Program-made: the position numbers and the translations under genes | Source of the DNA: Planctomycetota bacterium | GTDB lineage: Bacteria > Planctomycetota > Brocadiia > JAADGH01 | DNA: 64,000 nucleotides | Direction: 5' to 3' | Assembly (NCBI GenBank): GCA_040755855.1 | Contig: JBFMAD010000005.1 | Location: forward strand, 96,001-160,000 | Notes under the pieces: generated by a model | What the model was told of the DNA's origin: nothing | The model's input: the letters and a program-made list of their open reading frames with translations, nothing else | Databases searched by the model: none | Shown here: positions 38,200 through 48,158 of the stretch, piece after piece | Numbering within the stretch: position 1 is the stretch's first letter | Layout: each line of letters starts with the position of its first letter

Positions 38200-39330
38200 T
38201 CAGAGCAGCCGATCCTGCGCGGCGCGCCAGGCAGCCATCGCTTCGGGCGCATCGTGGGGATCGTTGACGTAGGTGTTGAACACCATGCCCTTCTTTGGTC
38301 TGCCCTTCAACGGGAGAAGCGCGCGGCGGAAGTAATCATCGAGCGGCTCCCCCGGCTTGCGCGGGAGCGAATACAGCATGGACTTCCCGTGGGCGACGAC
38401 ATCCCGGAGCAGCGCCTCGCGGTCGTAGAGATCGAGCTGGCCAAAAAGGAAGCCGCGTAACTCTTTGACCTCATAATAGTTAGGGATCAGATGGCTCCCC
38501 TGACCGCAGAAGTGCACCCAGCCCCCGCCGAATTCCGCGAGCGCCTTCCGGGTGTACGGGATCACAAATTCCCGGTGCATCTTTGGCGACAACATGACTG
38601 CGCAGTCCTCGCATAACATCGCCCCGCCCCGCGTCATGTAGAGGCCGTGAGCATATGTCCCCTCCTCAGTCGGCTCGCCGCACTCCCGCTTCAGGAGGCG
38701 TGTCGCGCGGATGAACAGATCGGTGGTCTTTTCGAGGAGACCGTGCACGAATCGCGGATTGTCGTGCATGTCCGTCATGATCTCTTCGCCGCGTGCCATG
38801 AACGCAATGTCAATGGGGCTTAGCATAAAGTAGAGTCCCACGGGAATGCGATCTCGCAGGACCTCCCGCGCCCTTCGCACAAAGGCAATCGCCTGCGGGA
38901 TCAAGCCCGCGCTCGATAGGTCGCGCGGGATTTCAACCTTGGAAATCTCGTCTTTGCTCAGATGTCGCTTGATCCACGGCGGGCGATCCGCGAAGACCTT
39001 CTGCTCGACGCCGAAAACCGAGGGAAGAAAACCGATCCCAAAGCGTGGCGAGACGCTCGGGATTCCATCGCTGCGTGTGCGGCACAGCATGATCACGCCC
39101 CGCAGTTGCTCATGCAACATCTTGTCGAGATCGGCTAATTGCTCGTCATAGTCGAACAGGAGGGGCCGGTTGAAATCCGTTTTGCTTGGCACTTCCGGTA
39201 CCGGGGTGCTCAGGATGAGCGGCAGATAATCGCTCCCCTTCGGTGAGGCGAAGCGCCGGAACCGTTTTCGGGCCTGTTCCAAGACCGCGGCATCCGGCTG
39301 AACCAGACTAATCAACGCACCGGCATCCAC
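38200..39330 (-). CDS. Uroporphyrinogen decarboxylase / MtaA-like family protein
   Basis: SPIDIAFMARGE, EDCAVMLSPKMHREFVIPY, WVHFCG. Start uncertain (GTG 39330 overlapping the GH127 end; ORF open from 39363). Confidence 0.7.
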   Translation of the reverse strand: MDAGALISLVQPDAAVLEQARKRFRRFASPKGSDYLPLILSTPVPEVPSKTDFNRPLLFDYDEQLADLDKMLHEQLRGVIMLCRTRSDGIPSVSPRFGIGFLPSVFGVEQKVFADRPPWIKRHLSKDEISKVEIPRDLSSAGLIPQAIAFVRRAREVLRDRIPVGLYFMLSPIDIAFMARGEEIMTDMHDNPRFVHGLLEKTTDLFIRATRLLKRECGEPTEEGTYAHGLYMTRGGAMLCEDCAVMLSPKMHREFVIPYTRKALAEFGGGWVHFCGQGSHLIPNYYEVKELRGFLFGQLDLYDREALLRDVVAHGKSMLYSLPRKPGEPLDDYFRRALLPLKGRPKKGMVFNTYVNDPHDAPEAMAAWRAAQDRLL

Positions 39331-41255
39331 ACCGTCATCTCCGACACCCCGCGATTCGACCATGCATAGTAAGGGATCAATCGGATTAAGATATCCTCCG
39401 CTAACTCTTCAGAGAGTGGGCGGTAGAGCTTGCCGGTCCAATCGCCTTCCTTGACGCGCTTGGCTTTCCCTTCGAGCACCGTCACGCCCCCGAGGAGGTC
39501 TTTCTCGTGCCTCGCCCGCAGATTGATCTTCCGCGGAATCCGAATCTCCGAGACCTTGACCCCCTCCGGCAGGTCCGGCGATTCCAGACAATACACGATC
39601 GGTCCCCGCATGACGGCGACATGATTTCGCGCCTCCTCCACCCTCGGATGCGCCTCGATGAGCCGCACGTCCATCGGAAGCGCTAACTCGATCCTGTCCC
39701 CCTTCGACCAGTTGCGCTCGATCTTCGCGTATGTTCCCGGCTGGGCAGCGACGGATATCGCCTCCCCGTTGACCTTGATCATTGCCCCCTCCGCCCAGTC
39801 CGGAATCCGCAGCATGATGGCGCAGCTCCCGGTCGGCGCCCGATCAATCCTTATCCTCACCTTGCCCTCCCACGGATACCGCGTCGTCTGCGTGAGCCTG
39901 ATCCGCTCGCAGTCGCGCACGCTCCCGCCGTAGTGATTCACCCACACCCCCTCGTCCGAGATGTTGTAGAGGTAACCGTGCATTTCCGCAACGGTGCGCA
40001 GCAGATTGGACGGGCAGCAGATGTGGTTGCGACCCGGCTGGAAACGCTGGTACGCGTCGGCGGAGAGAAGGGGATGATCCTTCCCATGCCATCTAAGGAT
40101 GTTTGTGTAAAACCAGCTCGCCCCATCGAGGCCGATGCCCGAAAGGATACTGTTGTAAGTCAACCGCTCCATGACGTCGGCGAAGCGCGCCTCGCCGGTA
40201 ATGGCCAGCATCCGCCAGTTCCACATCAGGCACCCGATCTGCGCGCACGTCTCGTTGTAGGCCGTGGCGTTCGGCAGGTGATAGGGCGGACCCACGGCCT
40301 CGTGCACATCATCCGCGGTCCAGACAACGCCCTTGCGAACCGAAAGCCCTCGATGAAGCGCGCAGCAGCCGCCTTGAACATACATCTTCTTCTCGACCAG
40401 ATCATGCCAGAGTCGTTCTAGAGCGTCGAGGAGCGAGCGATCCCCGGTCTCCATGTAGGCGTCCGCCGCCCCCGCGTAGAAGTAACTCCAAAACACCGAA
40501 TGTCCCACGACCTCGGTCTCCTTGCGCAGTGGGACGCGGCTTTGCCGCAGATCGGTGCCGCCCGGCGCCGCCCCGTGCATGTCTATGAAAATGTTGGCGA
40601 GGTCGAGGTACTTGCGCTCCCCCGTGGTGCGATACAGCTCGACCAATCCCATGATCTGCGAGACATTGTTCTGGATGTGTACCAGCGATGGATCGCGATC
40701 CTTGAAGGTGACATGGAGATGGTCCGCCGCCTTCCGTGCGACTTCCAGAAGGGCCGGCTTTCCCGTGATGCGGTGATGGAGACATGCCGCGGTGAGCAGA
40801 TGTCCCATGACGTACAGTTCATGGTGTTGCGGGTTCTGGTATCGCTTCCAGCCGCGCACCGTGATCTGCGTGGCGATGTAGCCGTCCGGCTGCTGCGCCT
40901 TGCCGATGATGTCAATGACCTCGTCCATCTGGCGGTCGAGGGCCTTGTCGCCGGTCATGCCGTAGATCGCCGATGCCGCCTCGAGCCACTTGTATATCCA
41001 TTCATCCTGCCAATGCGTGCCGACGAACTCGCCCTTCTCCAGCCCGGCGGCGATGCGGAGGTTGGTCAGGGCGTGGCCCGTGTTCGGATCGGCGGCGAGT
41101 TTGAAGAGATGCGGCAGCGTGACCTCGTTGCACCTCTTGAATTGCTCCGCCCAGAATCCATCCGTCCAGCGAACCGCGCCTATGTCCGCGTTCCTCAGCG
41201 TGCAATGCGGGCTGGCGTCGTTCTTGATGATGCCGTAGGTCCGGATAGCGGCCAT
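39312..41255 (-). CDS. GH127 beta-L-arabinofuranosidase family glycoside hydrolase
   Basis: HELYVMGHL, VVGHSV, YNETCAQIG, CCPSN, MRGPIVYCLE, IPYYAWSNRG. Confidence 0.92.
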   Translation of the reverse strand: MAAIRTYGIIKNDASPHCTLRNADIGAVRWTDGFWAEQFKRCNEVTLPHLFKLAADPNTGHALTNLRIAAGLEKGEFVGTHWQDEWIYKWLEAASAIYGMTGDKALDRQMDEVIDIIGKAQQPDGYIATQITVRGWKRYQNPQHHELYVMGHLLTAACLHHRITGKPALLEVARKAADHLHVTFKDRDPSLVHIQNNVSQIMGLVELYRTTGERKYLDLANIFIDMHGAAPGGTDLRQSRVPLRKETEVVGHSVFWSYFYAGAADAYMETGDRSLLDALERLWHDLVEKKMYVQGGCCALHRGLSVRKGVVWTADDVHEAVGPPYHLPNATAYNETCAQIGCLMWNWRMLAITGEARFADVMERLTYNSILSGIGLDGASWFYTNILRWHGKDHPLLSADAYQRFQPGRNHICCPSNLLRTVAEMHGYLYNISDEGVWVNHYGGSVRDCERIRLTQTTRYPWEGKVRIRIDRAPTGSCAIMLRIPDWAEGAMIKVNGEAISVAAQPGTYAKIERNWSKGDRIELALPMDVRLIEAHPRVEEARNHVAVMRGPIVYCLESPDLPEGVKVSEIRIPRKINLRARHEKDLLGGVTVLEGKAKRVKEGDWTGKLYRPLSEELAEDILIRLIPYYAWSNRGVSEMTVWMPVR

Positions 41256-41277
41256 GTTCGTTCCTCCTCTCAAGTAT

Positions 41278-43254
41278 TCATTCTGCAGTTTTCAATTTAC
41301 AGTCAATCACAAATCGGCCTTCATGCGCCTTGGGCAGCCCCGTCGCCTTGAACCCTCTGCCCGGAAGCGCCGCCCCTTCGCCGGTGAATCCCTCATCGCT
41401 GAAATTCACGACGACCTCAACGCCGTTCTCAAACCTCGTTCTCTGGACCAGGCCGTCGGCCGTAAGCCTCTCGTGCGAAAGCAGTTCCGACGAGAACGTT
41501 GCCTCGGCCACGGGGCAAAGGGTATCGTAGGAAAGCCGGATTCGCTCCCTCCATCGCGCGGCGTCGCGAAGGTTCATGAAGAACATCGGCGGAATGCCCA
41601 CGAGCATGTCGCGCAAGAGCATACCGTATATCCCCGGCCCGCGATTCGATGCGTAGTCCGCGCCCGCCCAGGGGAAGCATATCAGGCAATCGCCGAAGAC
41701 CAAATGAAAGAGCGGTATCCTGTGCCGGTCCAGGATGTGATGGCCGCCCTCCGCCGCGCCCACGTCGTTCGCGTAGTCGTGCCACGGGACAGACCACCAC
41801 ACGATGTGCTCCCCGCCATAGACCAGGCCGAGATTGTGTACGTAGCGCCACAGATCCTCGCGGCGGCGCCGATCTTCGTCACGCGTGGTCGGATGCGATT
41901 CGCTGTAGCACTCCCTCAGATGCGCGCCGATGCAGTCGATGTAGCACGCCTTCACCCCCATCTCCTTCACAAGATGGGGGAGAAAATCGGCGGCAAATCT
42001 CTTGTAGAGCGTGGAGCAGTTCCTCGACCATCGGTAGCCGCGCAATGAGCCGTCCTCGTTTTTCACCATCCAATCCGGATTCCAGAGCGGCGTCTCCTCA
42101 AGCAGCGCGGAGACGTCGGTGTAGAACGTGAACAGAAACCCGGCGCGGTGTGCGGCGTCAATGGCGGCCTTGAGATCGTCCCGCGTTCCCGCGCTCTCAT
42201 CCACCGGCCACCCGCCTGGAGGACGCTTCGCCAGGCCGCCCCAGAAGTGAATGGACGCTCGCTTCAGCCGCAGGTCGGTCGAAAGGTCATCAATGGTTCT
42301 CTTGAGGTCGCTGTAGCGATACTCATAGCCGGGCTGCTGCGGCTCAATATGGGGGTAGCCGACGTAGTAGGCGAGATACGGCGCGCCCGCAAGAAGGTTC
42401 ACGTTGGGACGACTCGCCGCCTTCTCCGTGAGGGTCTTGACAATCCCTTCCGCAGCCGCAAACCGCCGGTAGTGTTTCGCCATCCCGACGTAATCGAGCC
42501 TCGATGCAAATGCGTATCGCACCCGCCGCTCGTAGCCGAACTTGCCCTTTGTCGCCAGCCACACCGGCCAGCACGCGGCGATGCGGGGATAGGGAGATCG
42601 CTCCCCTTTCCCCACAAACCGCATGATCCCGTCATAGTTGTAGACGCACGCCATCTCGGCATCAAACGGCGTCTCGATCACCGCCGTGTAGCCACCCTTG
42701 CCATGCCGTGCGCCGAAGAACGGCATCGTCCAGCCGTACAGAATTCCTTCGCCCGCGAGACTCCGAACAGAATCCTCGAGCATCCAGAAATCCACCGTGT
42801 CGAGCCGAGCGTCATCGGTCGGCAGCAGGCATCCCTCCTTGTGCGTCAGGACCAGGTAGCCTTCAGGCGTCCCCGTTTCCAGATAGAAACTGCGCAACGG
42901 ATAGGCGAGGCGGACGAACGCCACGTCGCCGCGCTGAAGCGCCAGCGACTCCACCGCCACGAGGAGACTGTCGCCGTCAGCTTCGACGCGGACTTGCAGC
43001 GTTCCGTCAATCTCGCCCGCAGGCGAGTGAAAGCCGGAAAACGATACGAACCATCTTGCGTCGCGGCGCTCCACGGCGACCTGACGGCACTGCGCCAGGT
43101 CACACGAGAACAGCCTGCCGTCCTTGCCCTTCAGTGTTAGATGGCCGGGCGAGTTCTCCCACGGGTCCGGCCTCCACACCGCGCCCGTCGCCGGTTGCGT
43201 CACTGTGATCCTGCCGAGATCATCCACCTTCACATCAATCGGTTCCATGGTCAT
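41278..43254 (-). CDS. Putative glycoside hydrolase (DUF5696 / GH129-like TIM barrel)
   Basis: DYVGMAKHYR, YIDC, ECYSESHP, IPLFHLVFGDC, VQRTRFENGVEVVVNF; start coupled to the regulator stop. Confidence 0.65.
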   Translation of the reverse strand: MTMEPIDVKVDDLGRITVTQPATGAVWRPDPWENSPGHLTLKGKDGRLFSCDLAQCRQVAVERRDARWFVSFSGFHSPAGEIDGTLQVRVEADGDSLLVAVESLALQRGDVAFVRLAYPLRSFYLETGTPEGYLVLTHKEGCLLPTDDARLDTVDFWMLEDSVRSLAGEGILYGWTMPFFGARHGKGGYTAVIETPFDAEMACVYNYDGIMRFVGKGERSPYPRIAACWPVWLATKGKFGYERRVRYAFASRLDYVGMAKHYRRFAAAEGIVKTLTEKAASRPNVNLLAGAPYLAYYVGYPHIEPQQPGYEYRYSDLKRTIDDLSTDLRLKRASIHFWGGLAKRPPGGWPVDESAGTRDDLKAAIDAAHRAGFLFTFYTDVSALLEETPLWNPDWMVKNEDGSLRGYRWSRNCSTLYKRFAADFLPHLVKEMGVKACYIDCIGAHLRECYSESHPTTRDEDRRRREDLWRYVHNLGLVYGGEHIVWWSVPWHDYANDVGAAEGGHHILDRHRIPLFHLVFGDCLICFPWAGADYASNRGPGIYGMLLRDMLVGIPPMFFMNLRDAARWRERIRLSYDTLCPVAEATFSSELLSHERLTADGLVQRTRFENGVEVVVNFSDEGFTGEGAALPGRGFKATGLPKAHEGRFVIDCKLKTAE

Positions 43255-43994
43255 TGCTCCGATGCCTGCGCCTCTCGCGCCTGGCGGATCATTCGCTCGG
43301 TATCGTCCAAATGCTCGGTCATCGCCTGGCTGGCCTGCCCCGCGTTGCGCGCGGTGATGGCCTGGAAAACCCTTTCGTGAAACTGAAGGGTGGGGCCTGG
43401 TCGGAAACTCGTCCGCAGATTGGCGAGGATCGCATCGGCAAGGAGCGTGCGGATGGTCTCGACGAAGAGCGCGAGGGCGGTGTTGTGGGTCGCCCTGGCG
43501 ATGGCCACATGGAACGCGAGGTCCGCCTCGGCATACTCCTCGGCGGATTGTGCGGCGCGCATCCTGTCCAGCGCGGCGGCAATGGCCGAGATCTCTTCGG
43601 CAGTGGCGCGCTGCGCGGCCCATGCGGCGGCCTGGACCTCGTACAATCGGCGCATCTCTAAGAGGTCCCGCGCCGAGGCGCTCGCCCGCTTCAGCATGAG
43701 TTGGAGCATGTTGGACGCCGCCTCTTGCGACCGGTCAATGACGCGCACGCCGATGCCGTGCCGCCGCTCCACCAAGCCCTTGGACTGGAGGATGCTCACG
43801 GCCTCGCGCAGGGTGCTTCGTCCGATGCCCAGCTTCGCGCAGAGGGTCTGTTCGGGGGGGAGGTACTCGCCGGGCCTCACCTCGCCGCTGAGAATGTACT
43901 GGATGAGGAATTCCTCAGCGCGTCGGACGAGGTCGCCGTTCTTCAAGTGAATCCACGTCTTGTTCATTTCCGGTCTCACAGTCTCGGTCATCAT
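43251..43994 (-). CDS. GntR family (FadR subfamily) transcriptional regulator
   Basis: LPPEQTLCAKLGIGRSTLREA wHTH and an FCD domain (ADLAFHVAIARATHN). The track start 44027 falls inside the promoter, so the real start is 43994, 43991 or 43967. Confidence 0.92.
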   Translation of the reverse strand: MMTETVRPEMNKTWIHLKNGDLVRRAEEFLIQYILSGEVRPGEYLPPEQTLCAKLGIGRSTLREAVSILQSKGLVERRHGIGVRVIDRSQEAASNMLQLMLKRASASARDLLEMRRLYEVQAAAWAAQRATAEEISAIAAALDRMRAAQSAEEYAEADLAFHVAIARATHNTALALFVETIRTLLADAILANLRTSFRPGPTLQFHERVFQAITARNAGQASQAMTEHLDDTERMIRQAREAQASEQ

Positions 43995-44022
43995 AGTTCC
44001 ACAGATGGAATGATGGGCAGCA

Positions 44023-44051
44023 ATCATAAGACATCAGATGTCTGATGTCAA
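44023..44051 (-). promoter_or_regulatory. Sigma70 promoter with overlapping palindromic GntR/FadR-type operator
   Basis: TTGACA-17 nt-TATGAT on the minus strand; palindrome GACATCAGA-TG-TCTGATGTC (44030-44049) covers the spacer and part of the -35. Confidence 0.8.
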
Positions 44052-44073
44052 GAAAATTTTCTGGATAGTTCAT

Positions 44074-45070
44074 TCAAGATTTGAGGGGGAGGGGGACATA
44101 ACAATACGTTGAATGACAAGAAGTTACGACAACTTGGAAATGAAACTCGCTTGGGTTCAGGATCGTCCCTTTGGTCTTGGGGTTGCTCAGCGGCGCGTCG
44201 AGCGTCACATAATCCCCCTCCGTCGGCCCCTTGAACCGCACATCGCCCTCGTCGCCGTCCTGCACGTTGGTGATGCAAATCTTCCGGAATCCTTCGCCCG
44301 TTCCGCCCACCAGCCTGATTCGACCCGTCGTCTCCGAATGCGCCGTGATAATATCGTCCGCCGTCGTCGGCGTGTTGTTGATCTCGATCTGAATCTGCGG
44401 CACCGAGACAGCGGCCTGCGCCTTCAGGTCCGCGTTTGTCTTGTTCTCGCTCGCTACCTCGGCCTGACCCGCGCCAGATCCTTTGCCTCGAACCTTCTTG
44501 TCCGAGTTCAGCGTGATCTCAAGCGTATTCACCCAATCGTTGGCGTCGTCCGACCAGAAGAGGAGATCGGCGCCGCCTTCCTCGTTCGTCAGCGTGTACT
44601 GCCGGTAGGCGAGCGGCTCGTCGTGGCCCTCCGGCCGAATCCAGCCGTCCAGCGAGACGGTCACCGTCCCCTCCGTCCCGGCCAAGATGAAGTCGTCCTC
44701 CTCACCCGGCCCGTTGACCTCCATGCTCAACTTGACCACATTGATCGTCGCAAAATCCGAAGCGACGTAGCGCGAGTAGCTGTGCCCGTCGGGACGCAAC
44801 CAGAGGTTGAAGGGACCGGGGTCCTTACCCAGGATGAAGAAGCGACTGTCCTGTAGGTCCTGCGGCGTGAGCGCTGTGCCGTAGTCCAGCTCGCACGCGG
44901 CTTCGCCCGTCACACGCCAGACGTGCAGCGTGGCGTCATGGACGGTCAGGTCCTCATCCACCTCCGCATCATACAGCAGCCGCACCTTCGGCGAAATCGC
45001 CAACGCCTCCTCCGGGATGATCATCCGCACCTCCAGCGCACCCAACGCCTCCAGCTCCGCAAGCGTCGTC
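44074..45070 (-). pseudogene. Internal fragment of a large acidic beta-rich (Ig-like) extracellular protein
   Basis: Frame opens right after a stop with no good RBS or ATG. Content is acidic and beta-rich, and the sequence shifts abruptly to an AT-richer, non-homologous-looking tail near 44175. Confidence 0.5.
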
Positions 45071-45218
45071 GGCTATTTCTTGTCGTCGGACTTGAGCTTA
45101 TGGCAGATGGGTCGGCAAGAGCCTGTTGGCCGTCAAGGGAAAGGAACTGCCGAGCATACCGTCATCGGATTCGATGTTGCATGGTTCGATCAGCACTGCG
45201 GGTCTTCCCAGACCATCC

Positions 45219-46127
45219 TCAGTCCGGTTTGTCTGGCGATTCGCGGTTCTTGGTCTTGTCCCTTTCCTTTGCCTCTTCCGTGTCCAGCTGCCGCCTTCTT
45301 TCAAGCCCCTTTCTCCTGTATTCTTCCTCTGTGTCGATTTCTATGACTTCCTTGATCTGCAAGAGGCCCTTCTTGTATTCCAGGATAACAGTGTTCTCAA
45401 GCCATGGTCGCGGCTTGCACCATAGCACGGGATAGCTGATCTTGGTCTTCGGGTCTGTCCGAATACTCAGCTCATGGTACTTGGTGTCAATAATCCTCAA
45501 GGGATGGGGATGAGACACGCCGTCCAACCCCAGATCGAAGACTACCACCACACTGAATTCCTCGGGATCGGGATCGATCTCACTCGATCTGTGGATCGCT
45601 ACACATTCCAGGGCTTTGTCCCCATCCAGGTTTGCCCATTTGAAATCCTCCTTCCGCTCCGACCAGAACTTCTCCGCTTGGGGTGACTTCTGCGGCGGCC
45701 CAACGACTTCAAGCAAGAATAGCACTGCCTCTTCGAATGACTGATAGCCCCGCTCGGCGCCTGCATAATACATCTTAGTCTCCTCCATGAGTTCGCGCCT
45801 ATGCGAGCGTTCGTCAAGCGCCTCCTCGTAGTGACCTTTCTGACAGAGCGCTTGCGCTCTCAGAAAATGATACTCAAGTCGGAGAAGCAAGCGTTTCTGT
45901 TCAAGGCCCGCGCCGACTGTCAGGGCTCGTTCCTTGCCCTTCTCAAGCAACTCGATGGCCAGATCCGGCTTCCGAGCATTTAGCGCATCTATCGCGGCCC
46001 GCCTGAGCACCGCGACCTCTCGCCGTATCTCGGCGCACTTCCCCTGATCCTGCCCTGCGAGCGGCTGAGCCAGCGCCATAAGCAAGCCAACAGCAGCGTG
46101 AACACACACAATCTTCACTCGTCGCAT
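45219..46127 (-). CDS. Secreted hypothetical protein (helical N-terminal half)
   Basis: 302 aa; signal peptide MRRVKIVCVHAAVGLLMALAQPLAG; start 1 nt after the stop of the upstream fragment. Confidence 0.7.
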   Translation of the reverse strand: MRRVKIVCVHAAVGLLMALAQPLAGQDQGKCAEIRREVAVLRRAAIDALNARKPDLAIELLEKGKERALTVGAGLEQKRLLLRLEYHFLRAQALCQKGHYEEALDERSHRRELMEETKMYYAGAERGYQSFEEAVLFLLEVVGPPQKSPQAEKFWSERKEDFKWANLDGDKALECVAIHRSSEIDPDPEEFSVVVVFDLGLDGVSHPHPLRIIDTKYHELSIRTDPKTKISYPVLWCKPRPWLENTVILEYKKGLLQIKEVIEIDTEEEYRRKGLERRRQLDTEEAKERDKTKNRESPDKPD

Positions 46128-46128
46128 A

Positions 46129-46310
46129 TCACTTTCTCGCTCTCCCGTCTGTCAATATGGGCCAGATCGCCTTCGTTTCCGTGTAAGGGTGGATCCCATA
46201 CAGGAAGTCTTTCGTGACACCTTCGAGGTACCTCGCTCCAGCAAGCGGGTCCCCTTTCCTGGATGTTCCGGGGCCAAATCTATACACCGCCCCCCTACGT
46301 CCCAGGAATA
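46129..46310 (-). pseudogene. Start-less C-terminal protein fragment
   Basis: Manual translation ...FLGRRGAVYRFGPGTSRKGDPLAGARYLEGVTKDFLYGIHPYTETKAIWPILTDGRARK*, beginning at a GTCTGTCCCCATATTCC motif. Confidence 0.35.
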
Positions 46311-46416
46311 TGGGGACAGACGGTGGTTTTGGAGGCCGTTTTTCTGTGCGTGTGGCGGTGTGGAACCATGCGTAGATCCTCTGTTGCCCTCCGCGTCATG
46401 GCGTCATGGTGACTGT

Positions 46417-46445
46417 AGTGTACCCTATGGAAGGGGGGCTGTCAA
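46417..46445 (-). promoter_or_regulatory. Sigma70-type promoter reading into the 44074-46310 cassette
   Basis: TTGACA-17 nt-TACACT on the minus strand. Confidence 0.6.
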
Positions 46446-46505
46446 GAATGGGACGGAGATAATCCGTTGCCGCCGCTCCTGGCGGGGTTGCGGGCATCTC
46501 CCGCG

Positions 46506-47516
46506 TCAGGCAAGGGCGGTCTTGCCGGCTTGGCCGGGGGTCTCTTGGACGTAGCGCGGCACGGCGTAGCCGGGGAGATGGTTGCGAGTCTCCGCCACGA
46601 GACGCTTCCCCTCGCCGACAGGGACGTGGAAGTGCGCGGCGCCGGCGACGGGGTCGAGCTGGTGGAGGTAGTAGGGCAGGACGCCGAGATCGGCAAGCCC
46701 TTCGCACAGGGCGATCAGGGCCGATGGGGAATCGTTGACGCCGCGGAGAAGGACGGACTGGTTGAGGACCGGGATGCCGGAGCGGACCAGCTTCCTCAGC
46801 GCGTCGGGACATGCGGCGGTCAGTTCGTGCGCATGATTTACCTGAACAACGACGATTGGGGTGAGGCGGGAGGAGGCCAGGCACTCGATCAATCCATCAG
46901 TGACTCTCTCGGGGATGGCGACCGGCAGTCGAGTATGGATTCGCAGTCGGCGAAGGTGCGGGATGGCGGCGAGTCGAGCGATCATCTCCGCCAGACTTTC
47001 ATCCGCGAGCGAGAGCGGGTCGCCGCCGCTGAGGATGATCTCGCGCAGCGACGGATCGCGGGCAATGGCGTCGAGGGCGGGCTGCCAGTCGGCGGTCGCG
47101 GCGAGAGAAGGGGCGGTTGCGTGCCTCCGGAAGCAGTAGCGGCAGTGCATGGCGCACGCGCCGGTGAGGAGGAGCGCCCGTCCCGGGTACTTCTGGAGCA
47201 GACCGGGTGCGCGGAGGGCTTGGCGCTCATGCAAGGGGTCCGTATCGAAGCCGTTGGCGCACGCCGTTTCCTCGGGCCTTGGTAGAACTTGGCGGAGGAG
47301 GGGGTCGTCGGGTTTGCCCGGTCTTATACGCTCAACAAATGTCCGGGGGACGAGGAAGGGAAAGGCGTTCGCGGCCTGTTGGGATTCCAGAGCAAGAGTC
47401 GGAGGAAGGCCGAGGAGGTCGGTGAGTTCATGCGGATCACGTATGGCATCGGCGATGGCTCGATGCCACTTCGGATGCGACGTAGCGACCATTTGACTTG
47501 AATCGTGGGTAATCAT
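46506..47516 (-). CDS. epmB: EF-P beta-lysylation protein EpmB (lysine 2,3-aminomutase, radical SAM)
   Basis: DDPLLRQVLP, CAMHCRYCFRR, ILSGGDPL, LNQSVLLRGVND, PYYLHQLD; divergent from efp. Confidence 0.93.
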   Translation of the reverse strand: MITHDSSQMVATSHPKWHRAIADAIRDPHELTDLLGLPPTLALESQQAANAFPFLVPRTFVERIRPGKPDDPLLRQVLPRPEETACANGFDTDPLHERQALRAPGLLQKYPGRALLLTGACAMHCRYCFRRHATAPSLAATADWQPALDAIARDPSLREIILSGGDPLSLADESLAEMIARLAAIPHLRRLRIHTRLPVAIPERVTDGLIECLASSRLTPIVVVQVNHAHELTAACPDALRKLVRSGIPVLNQSVLLRGVNDSPSALIALCEGLADLGVLPYYLHQLDPVAGAAHFHVPVGEGKRLVAETRNHLPGYAVPRYVQETPGQAGKTALA

Positions 47517-47588
47517 CTGCTATCATAAAGGTTTGTTTTTCACGGACGAATACGTTGGATATATCAAGTGTAACGGTGGAGTTCAGCA

Positions 47589-48158
47589 ATGTCAACCATC
47601 TCGACGAGCGATTTCCGCAAAGGCATCAAGATCGAAATTGACGGCAAGCCCTATCTGATGGAGCTGTGCGAGTTCGTGAAGCCGGGAAAGGGCCAGGGCA
47701 TTTACAGAACGAAGCTGCGGAACCTTCTCGACAATTCACTGCTTGAGCGGACCTACCGCAGCGGCGACTCGGCGGAGGCGGCGGACGTCCATGAGAGCAA
47801 GGGGTCTTTTCTGTACAAGGATCAGCAGAATTACGTCTTCATGGACTCGAACAGCTACGAACAGTATCCACTCACCGCAGAGGCGGTAGGGGAGGGCGCT
47901 GATTTTCTGTTGGAGGGGACGGAGTGCGGGCTTCTCTACTGGAACAATCGGCTGATCGGCGTGTCCATTCCGAAGCACATGGTGCTCAAAGTAACCTACA
48001 CCGAGCAGGCTGCGCGCGGCAACACGGCCACGAACGTTACGAAGCCCGCGACGCTCGAGACGGGGGCGTCCGTGACGGTGCCGCCGTTCATCAACGCGGG
48101 GGATAAGATCAAGGTGGATACTCGCACTGGAGAGTACCTCGAACGAGTAAGGGAGTGA
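47589..48158 (+). CDS. efp: Elongation factor P
   Basis: FVKPGKGQ, RGNTA, KPATLETG, VDTRTGEYLER. Confidence 0.97.
   Translation: MSTISTSDFRKGIKIEIDGKPYLMELCEFVKPGKGQGIYRTKLRNLLDNSLLERTYRSGDSAEAADVHESKGSFLYKDQQNYVFMDSNSYEQYPLTAEAVGEGADFLLEGTECGLLYWNNRLIGVSIPKHMVLKVTYTEQAARGNTATNVTKPATLETGASVTVPPFINAGDKIKVDTRTGEYLERVRE

Noticed and set aside
41270..41315. Heptamer-like AT-rich repeat (TTTTCAA TTTACAG) at the end of the DUF5696-like gene
   Set aside because: Too short and degenerate to call.
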